DNA from: Candidatus Eiseniibacteriota bacterium
Lineage (GTDB): Bacteria; Eisenbacteria; RBG-16-71-46; JABDJR01; JAWXBZ01
Length of the DNA: 26,025 nucleotides
Direction: 5' to 3'
NCBI GenBank assembly: GCA_034440375.1
Contig: JAWXBZ010000127.1
Span: forward strand, 1-26,025
Part shown: piece after piece, positions 10,501-18,274 of the stretch
How positions within the stretch are numbered: the first letter of the stretch is position 1
How the letters are laid out: every line of letters starts with the position of its first letter
The notes under the pieces: generated by a model
Seen by the model: only the letters and a program-made list of their open reading frames with translations
What the model was told of the DNA's origin: nothing
Database searches by the model: none
Position numbers and translations under genes: made by a program

Positions 10501-11732
10501 TCGGTGATGGCCGGCCCGGCGATGGTGCCGCCGGAAACGAGGCCAGGATCGATCTCGAACGCCTTGCTGTTGACGGTGCTCATGTACAGCTTGCCGTTCG
10601 GCGAGAGGGCCATGCCGTAGGGCATGCCGGTGTGGGGAGCCAGCGGTACCGGAATGGAAACCAGGCTCGGCGCCGCGGTCGAAGGATTGTTGGCGCTGTA
10701 GGTGGCGGTCGGGAGGGTGGCATCCACCTTGACCAGTTGCTGGGTGATGCAAAGCCCCACCCAGAGGTAGCCGGCCTTGTCGATGACCATCGCGCGCGCC
10801 TGGTCGCCGATCGTGGAGCCGAGCAGGTAATGCCGAACGACGCGCTCGTCCTGCCCCCATGGAAGAATCTCCCATGGATCGATCTGGCCGTTGTTGTTCG
10901 AGTCGGTGGCGGTGTCGATGATGGTGTTGGAATTCCAGTCGATGCCGCCCGAGGTGACGATCTGCGTCACGCTCGCGAAGTGCGCCGAACTCAGGTTTCG
11001 ATTGGCCACCCAGCAATCGCCGTTCACGTCGACGACCGTCCGCGAGGGAGAGAGATAGCCGTAGCCGTTACCGCCGTCCGCCGGTCCGGTGTAGTAGCGC
11101 CCCACCTCCTTCCCGGTCTGCGTGTTGACCTTTGAGATCGTCCCTTCGGAGGCGTTGGCGATCCAGGCGAACTGCCAGGTCGTGGAGGTGGGCGACAGCT
11201 CGAGCTGATCGCTGTTCGTGACGATGCCGCTCAACGTTCCCAGGTTGAAGTCGGCGTCCAGCGTGTAGGTCTTGGTGAACGGCAGGCAGTTCGGTTGCTT
11301 GTTGCCGAAGTCGTAGGGTCCAAAGGTCGGGCCGCACCCGGTGCCGAGTCCCGTGTGAAAACCGCTGGACGGGGGAAAGCTCTGGGTCCAGCCGGGTTGA
11401 ACGACCTGCTTGAGGATGAAAATATTCCCGCAGCCGACCGGCGCGATCGTGGAGTAGTAACCGAGCGCATCCGTGGTCAGCGTTGTCACCAGCGTGTTCG
11501 TGCTGTCGAAAACCTCGACACTCCAGCCGGCCAGCGGCGGCTCGACCAACTGCTTGATCCCGTCGGCGTTCTGGTCGTACCAGACGTTCCCCATCACGGT
11601 GTAACCGCAACAGTCAGTGTCGGGGGGGGCGGCCGTGGCCGTGGTCGCGCCCCCGGTAGCCGCGAGAAGGAAAATGGCAAGCGTCATCGAGAAGCGGGAC
11701 ATACGGATAGCGGAGGAAAGGATCGGCGGCAT
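7584..11732 (-). CDS. Large secreted multidomain protein: SdrD-B-like, Vgb-like beta-propeller, HYR-like, Cys-rich GACC module, LamG-like jellyroll, FlgD-Ig/T9SS-type C-terminal domain
   Basis: GNVWYDQNADG..EPPLAGW (SdrD-B), WIANASEGTISKVNT...PYTYSDFTG (propeller), FSVGTTPVICTA..CQFNVTV (HYR), TGACC...YFGDGTDC, WWPLD..FNG..DGLWHLVAVT..FAGDLDE (LamG), FPNPF...SGIYFLKL (CTD). GAGGG precedes ATG 11732. Confidence 0.8.
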   Translation of the reverse strand: MPPILSSAIRMSRFSMTLAIFLLAATGGATTATAAPPDTDCCGYTVMGNVWYDQNADGIKQLVEPPLAGWSVEVFDSTNTLVTTLTTDALGYYSTIAPVGCGNIFILKQVVQPGWTQSFPPSSGFHTGLGTGCGPTFGPYDFGNKQPNCLPFTKTYTLDADFNLGTLSGIVTNSDQLELSPTSTTWQFAWIANASEGTISKVNTQTGKEVGRYYTGPADGGNGYGYLSPSRTVVDVNGDCWVANRNLSSAHFASVTQIVTSGGIDWNSNTIIDTATDSNNNGQIDPWEILPWGQDERVVRHYLLGSTIGDQARAMVIDKAGYLWVGLCITQQLVKVDATLPTATYSANNPSTAAPSLVSIPVPLAPHTGMPYGMALSPNGKLYMSTVNSKAFEIDPGLVSGGTIAGPAITETINHGGSNYGIAVDQNCIVWLAIRLGPGGQYGCIRWDPTMTLGNPLLGWTISNPGAPGIGRGITVDFNNEIWMACNDSSNSVVKFSNTPVPNVIGVYPTPSDTPVGVGAAEDGHIIVTPSHNSLWCKIDVNTGAQIPLPGPELVGYGPYTYSDFTGSQMNMTGLQQGIWSVITDGGSSLLAWNFIGWNELTPVGTSVLVEARIAATLPALAAQSWTIIGTSGPLGSPIPGRYIETRVRLQRSAECGVPFVTPVLYDLTVSAICNICTFATCPSDTTIPCTSPQGAEFSWPVPIMQGSCDSTWTVNCSPSPGYFSVGTTPVICTAVNAENDTVICQFNVTVAGGCDPPPTGACCTNNFCTITTLADCEQSGGIYFGDGTDCTSGCDQNCVEPPNNLAGWWPLDIAPGGITPSLTSPFTGGTMINGPTPLPGEQVANSYRFNGVNQSVLVPHHISLDIGPGDVTVDAWIRTTQSQGVATLIDKRNASPIQGFVVFLNNGYPGLQLAVGGGFTNYGLSAVNGGAPAFVADGLWHLVAVTLDRDDPAGLQFYVDGNPVGTPLNPTGRMGSLNSAASLLMAGVHPALGGRHFAGDLDEVELIRRELGADEIYRLYEVGAAGKCPESCYATKNALCCNGLTSGSSVTICNYSLVPHTYSWGVSPLTAGPGCGPIGPSGFFPTSGTVTVPAQGCVTVPIQVACPSGVPVGQTACYQVQIFNHDTGRLFGCTGSVRRAKKWCWQLASAEIGPIGILGIYPGVPRPIEFEVKNLGEGNDPESIDYMIRPLAGDTGLPSAGVSLNGLPPGEPIIGTRMISPGESEIITVLVSYPDASPIGHDRLLIDADEDGDTQLDPITELAVRSVLPGTSSVPGEDPVPAPAPVDSGRLLLVFPNPFSASDQIRFRVEGDRPQDVKLRLFDPMGRLVKSFYYEMLMAPGEHTVNWNTMDGSGQPLRSGIYFLKLEVGHRSESIKLMVRP

Positions 11733-11823
11733 GCGAACCCTCGGTGTCGATCGGCGTGGTGGGATGACGACTCGCCGGGGCCCACAGAGGGGGAAAATCG
11801 GCGTTCGAAGCACCTCCATATTA

Positions 11824-11852
11824 CAATTAGAACTCCCAACCGGTGATGTCAA
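11824..11852 (-). promoter_or_regulatory. Putative sigma70 promoter of the large surface protein
   Basis: Perfect TTGACA (11852-11847), a 17-nt spacer, then an AT-rich TAATTG(TAATAT). The -10 match is imperfect. Confidence 0.45.
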
Positions 11853-11890
11853 AGATCCGGGCGTCATCCGAAACGTCCGAGAAGCCGAAG

Positions 11891-11904
11891 AGTGTTACAA
11901 CACT
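11891..11904. promoter_or_regulatory. Palindromic operator candidate
   Basis: AGTGTT-AC-AACACT, about 40 nt upstream of the TTGACA. Confidence 0.4.
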
Positions 11905-11952
11905 GACTATCTCAAACGCCGGCCGCCGCAGAATCGCATGAGAGCGCCCCCG

Positions 11953-14040
11953 CTAATGCCGGATCTCCATGCCGAGAAACAAACTACGGCCTGACATGTC
12001 AATTCCCGACCCATGAACGCGATAGGGCGCGTCCAGAATATTCTCGAGTCCGCCCCGCAGGGTAACCCCATTGCCCAGACCAAGCAGCCCACGAAGATGA
12101 AAGGCACAATAGCCAGCCGTACCTCCCCGCGGGATACGGCTGTCCCTCAGATCCTCAGGGGAGAGGCGATCCTGCCGGTCTGCCAAGACGGTCACGAACT
12201 CGGCTCTTCCTTTCTGAAATGTCCGCTGAAAATTGATGACCCCACGAAGGGGTGGGATTCGTGTCAGCGGAATATCCGTGTTCTCGCTCTCCCCAAATGT
12301 CCAGGCCAGACTGGCCTCAAGCTTCCAGTTCTTCGACAGCATGAATCCGGCGGCCGAGGAAAGTCCCAGTATCGTGCCACTTCCAATGTTGTCCTGATGG
12401 AATACCGGCTCCCCATCAAGGGAGTCGCTTCCCAGGTACGTGGTCGGGACCCGTTCGATCAGATCCGAGATGCGTGAGGCATAGATGGTTAACTGGGCCT
12501 CGTTCCGGGAACGAGAGTCGGCCGCCTTGAATCCGGCTTCGATGGAGAGGAGTCGCTCCGGCATCAACTCCGGATTCGGGACATCGTATCCCCGTCCGGT
12601 CAGTCCCAGCGCCAGTGCATCGGACATCCCCGGGGCACGAAATCCCTGGGAAACACCACCGAAAACGTAGTCAGCCTTTCCAATGGTCCATTTCACTTCT
12701 CCGGCTGCCGCGAAGTTCTCATTCTGTTGCTCCACGGCTCCAAATGGCCCCTGCGGAGTCCCGCTCAAATTAAAGTGCGAATAGCGGCCGGAGCCGGACA
12801 ACGACAGGCGATCCGATACGGCCTGTTGGATCATCAGATAGACGCCGGCCGATGCATGCCGACCGTCGGCCGGAAGGCTCCCCGCTGTTTCGGTCTCCTG
12901 GCCCGTGGAAATGTTGGTTCGTAAACCCCGGCTGTCGACTTCATCCCGATACACCTCTCCCCCGTAGACCAGGGACGTTCGACCACCGACGGCGGACCGT
13001 GCTTCCAGAATGGCGCCGAGCGTTCGCACGTCATCGAACTGATTCACCCGGACGGTGGTGTTGTTGGCCGAGATCGTCTCCCGGCCCTCCTTCTGGCGAT
13101 TCCACGAAAGGGTGAATAGAACCGATTGAGCCACCGGCTGCAGTGCCCGGGTCTCGTAGCGGGCAAAGATCAGATCGCGATTTTGAGGATCGTACCGATT
13201 GACGCTGTCCCTGCCCGATGCCACGCGATCCGTACGCGGAACGTCATCCTGCCGATTTGTCTGGTACGCGAGAGTGAGCTTGTGAGCGTCAGCCGGTTGC
13301 CACATCAGCCGTCCAAAGGCGCTCCATCCCGCGTAGGCGGTGGGCGTCTGGATCGCGCCGGTTCCCGATCGGAGATCATTGAAATCGCGGATGGCGCCAC
13401 CGAGGAGCACGCCTCCCGCCTCGCCGGACCTGGACAGGGACACTCGATGGGATTGGCTGCCATCAGACGTCGAGACCAGGCCGTCATACAGCACCGCCGG
13501 TTGACCCGCTTCGGGCTCCTGCCCGACGACGTTTATCACCCCACCCATCGCGTCGCTTCCAAAGAGAGCCGAGCCGGGCCCTGGAAGCACCTGTATGGTG
13601 GAAGCCACGCCCGGATCGACTGTATTGAAGTACTGGTTCGGGCCCGCGCGGTACGTGCTGTTGTTAAGTCGGATTCCGTCGACAAGGAGGAGGACCCGGT
13701 TTCCGGAAAGTCCTCTCAGGATCGGGGCCCCTCCACCGAGATTTGTCTTCTGGACCATGACTGAGGGCATTTCGTTCAGCGCATCCGGAGATGTCGCCCT
13801 CATGGCGCTGGAGATGTCCTTCGCCCGAACGACGTGAGTTTCTCCCGATCTCTCGAGGACCAGTTGTCCGGTCCGGGAAGCCTCCACCCTGATCTCGGGC
13901 AGTTGGACAACACCGGGAAGCGTGTCACGATCGGATGACACCCGCCCGTCCGCCGCCCGTGTCGGTGGGGCCTGGAGGAGTGCAACGATGATTGACAGGA
14001 ACGAAATCATCATGACGCCGGACTGCCGGAATCGAGTCAT
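11953..14040 (-). CDS. TonB-dependent outer-membrane receptor
   Basis: Signal peptide, TonB-box-like EIRVEAS, plug motifs ILRGLSGNRVLLLVDGIRLN and GPGSALFGSDAMGGVINV, GFRAP, NPELMPE, C-terminal ENILDAPYRVHGSG..GRS. Confidence 0.93.
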   Translation of the reverse strand: MTRFRQSGVMMISFLSIIVALLQAPPTRAADGRVSSDRDTLPGVVQLPEIRVEASRTGQLVLERSGETHVVRAKDISSAMRATSPDALNEMPSVMVQKTNLGGGAPILRGLSGNRVLLLVDGIRLNNSTYRAGPNQYFNTVDPGVASTIQVLPGPGSALFGSDAMGGVINVVGQEPEAGQPAVLYDGLVSTSDGSQSHRVSLSRSGEAGGVLLGGAIRDFNDLRSGTGAIQTPTAYAGWSAFGRLMWQPADAHKLTLAYQTNRQDDVPRTDRVASGRDSVNRYDPQNRDLIFARYETRALQPVAQSVLFTLSWNRQKEGRETISANNTTVRVNQFDDVRTLGAILEARSAVGGRTSLVYGGEVYRDEVDSRGLRTNISTGQETETAGSLPADGRHASAGVYLMIQQAVSDRLSLSGSGRYSHFNLSGTPQGPFGAVEQQNENFAAAGEVKWTIGKADYVFGGVSQGFRAPGMSDALALGLTGRGYDVPNPELMPERLLSIEAGFKAADSRSRNEAQLTIYASRISDLIERVPTTYLGSDSLDGEPVFHQDNIGSGTILGLSSAAGFMLSKNWKLEASLAWTFGESENTDIPLTRIPPLRGVINFQRTFQKGRAEFVTVLADRQDRLSPEDLRDSRIPRGGTAGYCAFHLRGLLGLGNGVTLRGGLENILDAPYRVHGSGIDMSGRSLFLGMEIRH

Positions 14041-14161
14041 GCGGCCTCTGGGGCTGGAGAAACCACTGCCGAAGTTGATCCGGGCGACATAATATCAGTC
14101 GGGACGTCATGGCGAAGGATCGGTGAGTGATTGTCGGGGAGCAGGGCGGGCGGCGGTCATC

Positions 14162-14176
14162 TACCCCCCGTGGGTA
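14162..14176. promoter_or_regulatory. CsoR/RicR/RcnR-type operator
   Basis: TACCC-CCCGT-GGGTA: a TAC..GTA inverted repeat around a C-tract, in the divergent region upstream of a metal-efflux locus. Confidence 0.6.
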
Positions 14177-14297
14177 TTCAGTCCAATGCCATTGTTCCTC
14201 TTCTTAAACCAAGGTTAACTTTAATAATTGTAGATAGTTAGGACGTCGACAACATGAAGCAGGGACCTCCCCAGACACCTGTGGTATCGTGATTCCG

Positions 14298-14774
14298 ATG
14301 TTCACCTCCCGTCCCACCAAAGCGTTTTTCGCGCGCGGCATGATTCTCGCGCTCCTCCTCTATTTCATCCCCTTGGCGCTCTGTCCGTACGCCTGCCTGG
14401 GTGATGTCTGCCCGTGGATGCCCGGCGCGACATCCGATAAGGCTGAATCGGGGCACGGCGGCTGCTGCGATCCGGGGCAGTCGGATTCGGCGGGTCACTC
14501 AGAGCGGGGCAATGCTGACGCGGAGCAGGCATCCCCCTCCACCTGCGGCGGCTGTGATGGAAACCTGACGAGCCCCGTTCCCACCGTCAAACTTGGCGTG
14601 CCCGCCGCACCGGATTCCCGGCGCCTGGATTTCCCTCTCGATCTCGTGGCCCACTCAACTGAAGCCGAAATCAAGGCGGACCCACCCCACCTTCGAACTC
14701 CCCTTCCCGATCAATTCGTCTTATCGCGAAAGCCCTCCGTTCGGCCCACCGGCCGCGCACCTCCGCTTGCCTGA
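14298..14774 (+). CDS. Cys/His-containing exported leader protein with C-terminal RAPP (DUF2946/CruR/CutF-like); alternative start GTG 14289
   Basis: Hydrophobic N-terminal segment, CPYAC, HGGCC, CGGC, a Pro-rich tail ending GRAPPLA*. First ORF of the metal locus. Confidence 0.75.
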   Translation: MFTSRPTKAFFARGMILALLLYFIPLALCPYACLGDVCPWMPGATSDKAESGHGGCCDPGQSDSAGHSERGNADAEQASPSTCGGCDGNLTSPVPTVKLGVPAAPDSRRLDFPLDLVAHSTEAEIKADPPHLRTPLPDQFVLSRKPSVRPTGRAPPLA

Positions 14775-14792
14775 TTTACTACCTTGGTTGAC

Positions 14793-14816
14793 CCCGGTCC
14801 ATCGGTCCGGGCTTTT
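14793..14816 (+). terminator. Terminator/attenuator-like hairpin after the leader ORF
   Basis: CCCGG(T)CC-ATC-GG(T)CCGGG followed by CTTTT. Confidence 0.35.
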
Positions 14817-14907
14817 CCATCACTCGAAATCCTGAACAACAATTGACACGCGCCTCGTTGGTGACGGGCGTTCAAATTTTTTCGCTATCCTTAGAAAGGC
14901 GGCGATC

Positions 14908-15951
14908 ATGAAAAAGCTGATTCTCCTGGCACTGACGATCTCCCTTGTCGCACTGGGCGGCTGCGGCAAGGACGACGATCCTCCCAATCGGATAAGTCTT
15001 GGCAGCCTTCCCAATCCGGCGCTCGTCGTGGCAAACGGTGACGCGGGGACCGTGCAGGTTATCGATCCGGTTGCGGGAACCGTGGTCGCCTCGGGGCAGG
15101 TCGAGGAAGGGTTTTACCCGCATCACCTCAGTGCCTCGCATGACGGGGCGTACATTCTCATGACCGCCACGAGCACGGATCTGTCGGGAGGACACGGGGG
15201 GGGCCATGGTGGTGGCGACCAGTCGAGTTCCCGCGTCTATCGCATCGACACCATGACCGGCGAGGTGGTCAAGGTGCTTTCCCTCGATGCCACGGTGCAC
15301 AATGCGGCCTATCTGGGGGAATCCGGCAACTTCGTGCTCAGCCAGAGCGAACACGACATGGTGCATGTCTACAACGGCGGCACCTTTGAACAAATCTGGA
15401 GTGCCGCGGTCGGTTCCACGCCGCTCGAGGCGACTCCAACCCATGATGGAAATCTCGTCGTCGTCGCGAACTCCGGAGACGCGACCGTGACCATTGTCGA
15501 TATCGCTTCGCGGGCGGTTGTGCGCACGGTCCCCGTTGGAGAAACACCGGTCGCGGCCTGGCTATCGGTGGACGGATCGTTTCATGTGTCGAACGAGGAC
15601 GGGGGAACGTTGTCGATGTTGAACGTGGGCTTGAGCGGAGTCTCGGCCACGATCGACGTCATGGGCGTTCCCGGCCAGGCTTACGAGACGCCGGATGGCT
15701 CGGAACTCTGGGTGGCTGTCGAAAACCGGGGGGTCGTGGGCATCTACGATGCCACGACGCATGAGTTGCGTCATGAGATTACGGTCGGTCTGAAGCCACA
15801 CGGCATCGCCTTCAACGGCTCGGGCACGAGGGCGTATGTCACGAACGAGACGGGTGGCGAAGTTCATGTCATCAATGTGGCGACACGCCTTGTTCTCAAC
15901 CATATCACGGTCGGCGGGAAGCCGAACGGCGTGGTCTTCCTTGAGCGGTGA
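14908..15951 (+). CDS. YncE/YVTN-family beta-propeller lipoprotein
   Basis: Lipobox LGGC, repeats such as VVANSGDATVTIVD and AYVTNETGGEVHVIN, P-x-x blade turns, GGHGGGHGGG loop. Confidence 0.85.
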   Translation: MKKLILLALTISLVALGGCGKDDDPPNRISLGSLPNPALVVANGDAGTVQVIDPVAGTVVASGQVEEGFYPHHLSASHDGAYILMTATSTDLSGGHGGGHGGGDQSSSRVYRIDTMTGEVVKVLSLDATVHNAAYLGESGNFVLSQSEHDMVHVYNGGTFEQIWSAAVGSTPLEATPTHDGNLVVVANSGDATVTIVDIASRAVVRTVPVGETPVAAWLSVDGSFHVSNEDGGTLSMLNVGLSGVSATIDVMGVPGQAYETPDGSELWVAVENRGVVGIYDATTHELRHEITVGLKPHGIAFNGSGTRAYVTNETGGEVHVINVATRLVLNHITVGGKPNGVVFLER

Positions 15952-18274
15952 GCGCAGCACCACCGCGGTGCTTCATGTCGGTGGTCTGCATTGGGCAACC
16001 GAGAAGTCAATTGTGGAACGCGTCCTGGGTCGCCGTCCGGGTGTTGAAAGCGTTGAGGCGAACCCGGTGGCTCAGACCGCCGTGGTCACGTTCGATACCA
16101 CAAAGACGTCGATCGCCGCGCTCAAGAAATGGGTTGAGGAGTGCGGCTTCCATTGCGCCGGCCAGTCGGTGCCGACGCACGTCTGCGATCCGATGGAAGA
16201 GCCTCATTCCGCCGGGCACCCGAAGTCAGAACAAATGGCCATGAAGTCCCCCCATGAAATGATGGGCCACGGGGGGCATGCCGGAATGTCGATGGATGCC
16301 ATGATTCGTGACATGCGGAATCGATTTCTGGTCGCAGCCCTGTTCTCGGTCCCGATCCTTTTGTGGTCGCCGATCGGTCGCGAAGTACTCAAATTTACGG
16401 CCGCCGCACCCTTTGGACTGCGCGACGACATCTGGCTGCTGCTGCTCAGCCTGCCGGTCCTCTTTTACTCCGCGTGGATCTTCTTCGATGGTGCGGTTCG
16501 GGCGCTGCGTGTCCCGACGCTTGACATGATGGTACTGGTGGCCGTGGCCATCGGCGCCGGGTGGTTGTACTCCCTGGTGGTGACCTTCTCAGGTGGCGGA
16601 GAAACATTTTACGAGGCCGTCACGGTGCTGGCGACCTTCGTCCTCATGGGGCACTGGTTCGAAATGCGGGCTCGGGGAGGGGCCAACGAGGCGATCCGAA
16701 CTCTTCTCGACATGGCTCCGCCGAAAGCGACCGTGATCCGTGACGGACAAACGGTGGAGATACCGACGTCCCAGGTAGTCACCGGCGACCTCCTCATGAT
16801 TCGGCCTGGCGACCGGATCGCGGTCGACGGCACGGTGGAGGAGGGTCAGAGCGAGGTCGACGAGTCCATGATCACCGGGGAGAGTCTTCCCGTATCGAAA
16901 TCCACCGGGTCCCAAGTCATCGGTGCCACGATCAACAAGAACGGCACTCTCCGGGTCCGGGCCACCCGGATCGGGGCGGACTCGGCTCTCGCCCAGATCG
17001 TCAAGATGGTCCAGGAAGCCCAGAATTCGAAGGCTCCCAGCCAGAGACTCGCGGACCGCGCGGCTTTCTGGCTGGTGCTGGTCGCGCTGGTCGGCGGTGT
17101 CGCGACACTAGCCGCCTGGCTCCTGGCCGGAAGTCCGTTCAGCACGGCCATCCTGTTTGCCATCACGGTCGTGGTCGTCACCTGCCCGGATGCCCTGGGA
17201 CTCGCCACGCCCACGGCCATCATGGTCGGAACCGGCCTCGGCGCGAAGCGAGGGATCCTCTTCAAGAACGCCATCGCGCTCGAGAACGCCGCAAAGATTA
17301 ATACGGTCGTCATGGACAAGACCGGAACGCTGACGAAGGGCGAGCCCGAGGTCACCGATCTGGTTGCCGTCGGGATGCCGAAAGAGGAAGTTCTCCGGCT
17401 GGTTGCCGCCGTTGAACGGGAATCAGAACACCCTCTGGCCGAGGCCATCGTGAAATATTCGGATTCGCTCGGCATTGCCGCGGCCAAAGCGGAAAAGTTC
17501 GAGAACATACCCGGCCACGGAGCCGTGGCCACGGTCGACAATCGGCGACTGGCCGTGGGAAACGTCCGGCTCATGGAGAAGGAAGGTGTCGCACTCGGGG
17601 CTCTGGCGGCCCGCCGCGAGGAAATGGCTTCGACCGGGCGAAGCGTTGTCTGCGTGGCCGTGGACGGGCAGGCCGTGGCTCTCATCGCAATCGCCGATGC
17701 GCCTCGTCCAACCTCCGCGGCCGCGGTTAAGGCTCTGAAAGACGCCGGGATCGAAGTCATCATGCTGACGGGCGACAACGAGGCCACGGCACGTCGGATT
17801 GCCGAAGGGCTCGGCGTGACGAACGTGATCGCCGAGGTGCTTCCGGGCGACAAGTCGAGCAAGATTGCCGAACTTCAAAAACTGGGGAAGAGGGTGGCCA
17901 TGGTCGGGGACGGCGTGAACGATGCCCCCGCCCTGGCCCAGGCCGATCTCGGCATTGCCATCGGGGCCGGCACGGATGTCGCGATCGAGACGGCCGATGT
18001 CGTACTCATGCGTTCGGATCCGCTCGACGTGCCGACGGCGCTGGTCATCGGGCGCGGAACGGTTCGGAAAATGAGGGAAAATCTGGCCTGGGCCATTGGC
18101 TATAACGCCGTGGCCCTTCCGATCGCCGCGGGCGTGTTTCAGCCGGCCTTCGGGCTCGTCCTGCGACCTGAGATCGCCGCACTTTCCATGTCGGGGTCGA
18201 GCGTGCTTGTCGCGGTGAACGCGCTTCTGCTGAAGCGACTTCGGTTGCCGAAGGCAGAGGGGACAATTCCATGA
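15941..18274 (+). CDS. copA: Heavy-metal (copper-type) P1B ATPase; probable TTG start overlapping the upstream stop
   Basis: TGES, CPD-ALGLATP, DKTGT, EHP, GDGVND, YN (TM7), MSGSS (TM8) and an N-terminal HMA-like domain. Exact start uncertain. Confidence 0.93.
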   Translation: MSGERSTTAVLHVGGLHWATEKSIVERVLGRRPGVESVEANPVAQTAVVTFDTTKTSIAALKKWVEECGFHCAGQSVPTHVCDPMEEPHSAGHPKSEQMAMKSPHEMMGHGGHAGMSMDAMIRDMRNRFLVAALFSVPILLWSPIGREVLKFTAAAPFGLRDDIWLLLLSLPVLFYSAWIFFDGAVRALRVPTLDMMVLVAVAIGAGWLYSLVVTFSGGGETFYEAVTVLATFVLMGHWFEMRARGGANEAIRTLLDMAPPKATVIRDGQTVEIPTSQVVTGDLLMIRPGDRIAVDGTVEEGQSEVDESMITGESLPVSKSTGSQVIGATINKNGTLRVRATRIGADSALAQIVKMVQEAQNSKAPSQRLADRAAFWLVLVALVGGVATLAAWLLAGSPFSTAILFAITVVVVTCPDALGLATPTAIMVGTGLGAKRGILFKNAIALENAAKINTVVMDKTGTLTKGEPEVTDLVAVGMPKEEVLRLVAAVERESEHPLAEAIVKYSDSLGIAAAKAEKFENIPGHGAVATVDNRRLAVGNVRLMEKEGVALGALAARREEMASTGRSVVCVAVDGQAVALIAIADAPRPTSAAAVKALKDAGIEVIMLTGDNEATARRIAEGLGVTNVIAEVLPGDKSSKIAELQKLGKRVAMVGDGVNDAPALAQADLGIAIGAGTDVAIETADVVLMRSDPLDVPTALVIGRGTVRKMRENLAWAIGYNAVALPIAAGVFQPAFGLVLRPEIAALSMSGSSVLVAVNALLLKRLRLPKAEGTIP

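Noticed and set aside
14041-14280. Cobalamin riboswitch or Fur box upstream of the TonB receptor
   Set aside because: No B12-box or GGGAA core and no GATAATGAT-like repeat visible.
14861-14891. Possible MerR/CueR-type promoter with a 19-nt spacer (GTGACG...TATCCT)
   Set aside because: Weak -35, no dyad in the spacer and no MerR gene in the window.
15836-15940. N-terminal extension of the ATPase ORF
   Set aside because: Lies within the YVTN gene. HMA-like sequence begins only after about 15941.
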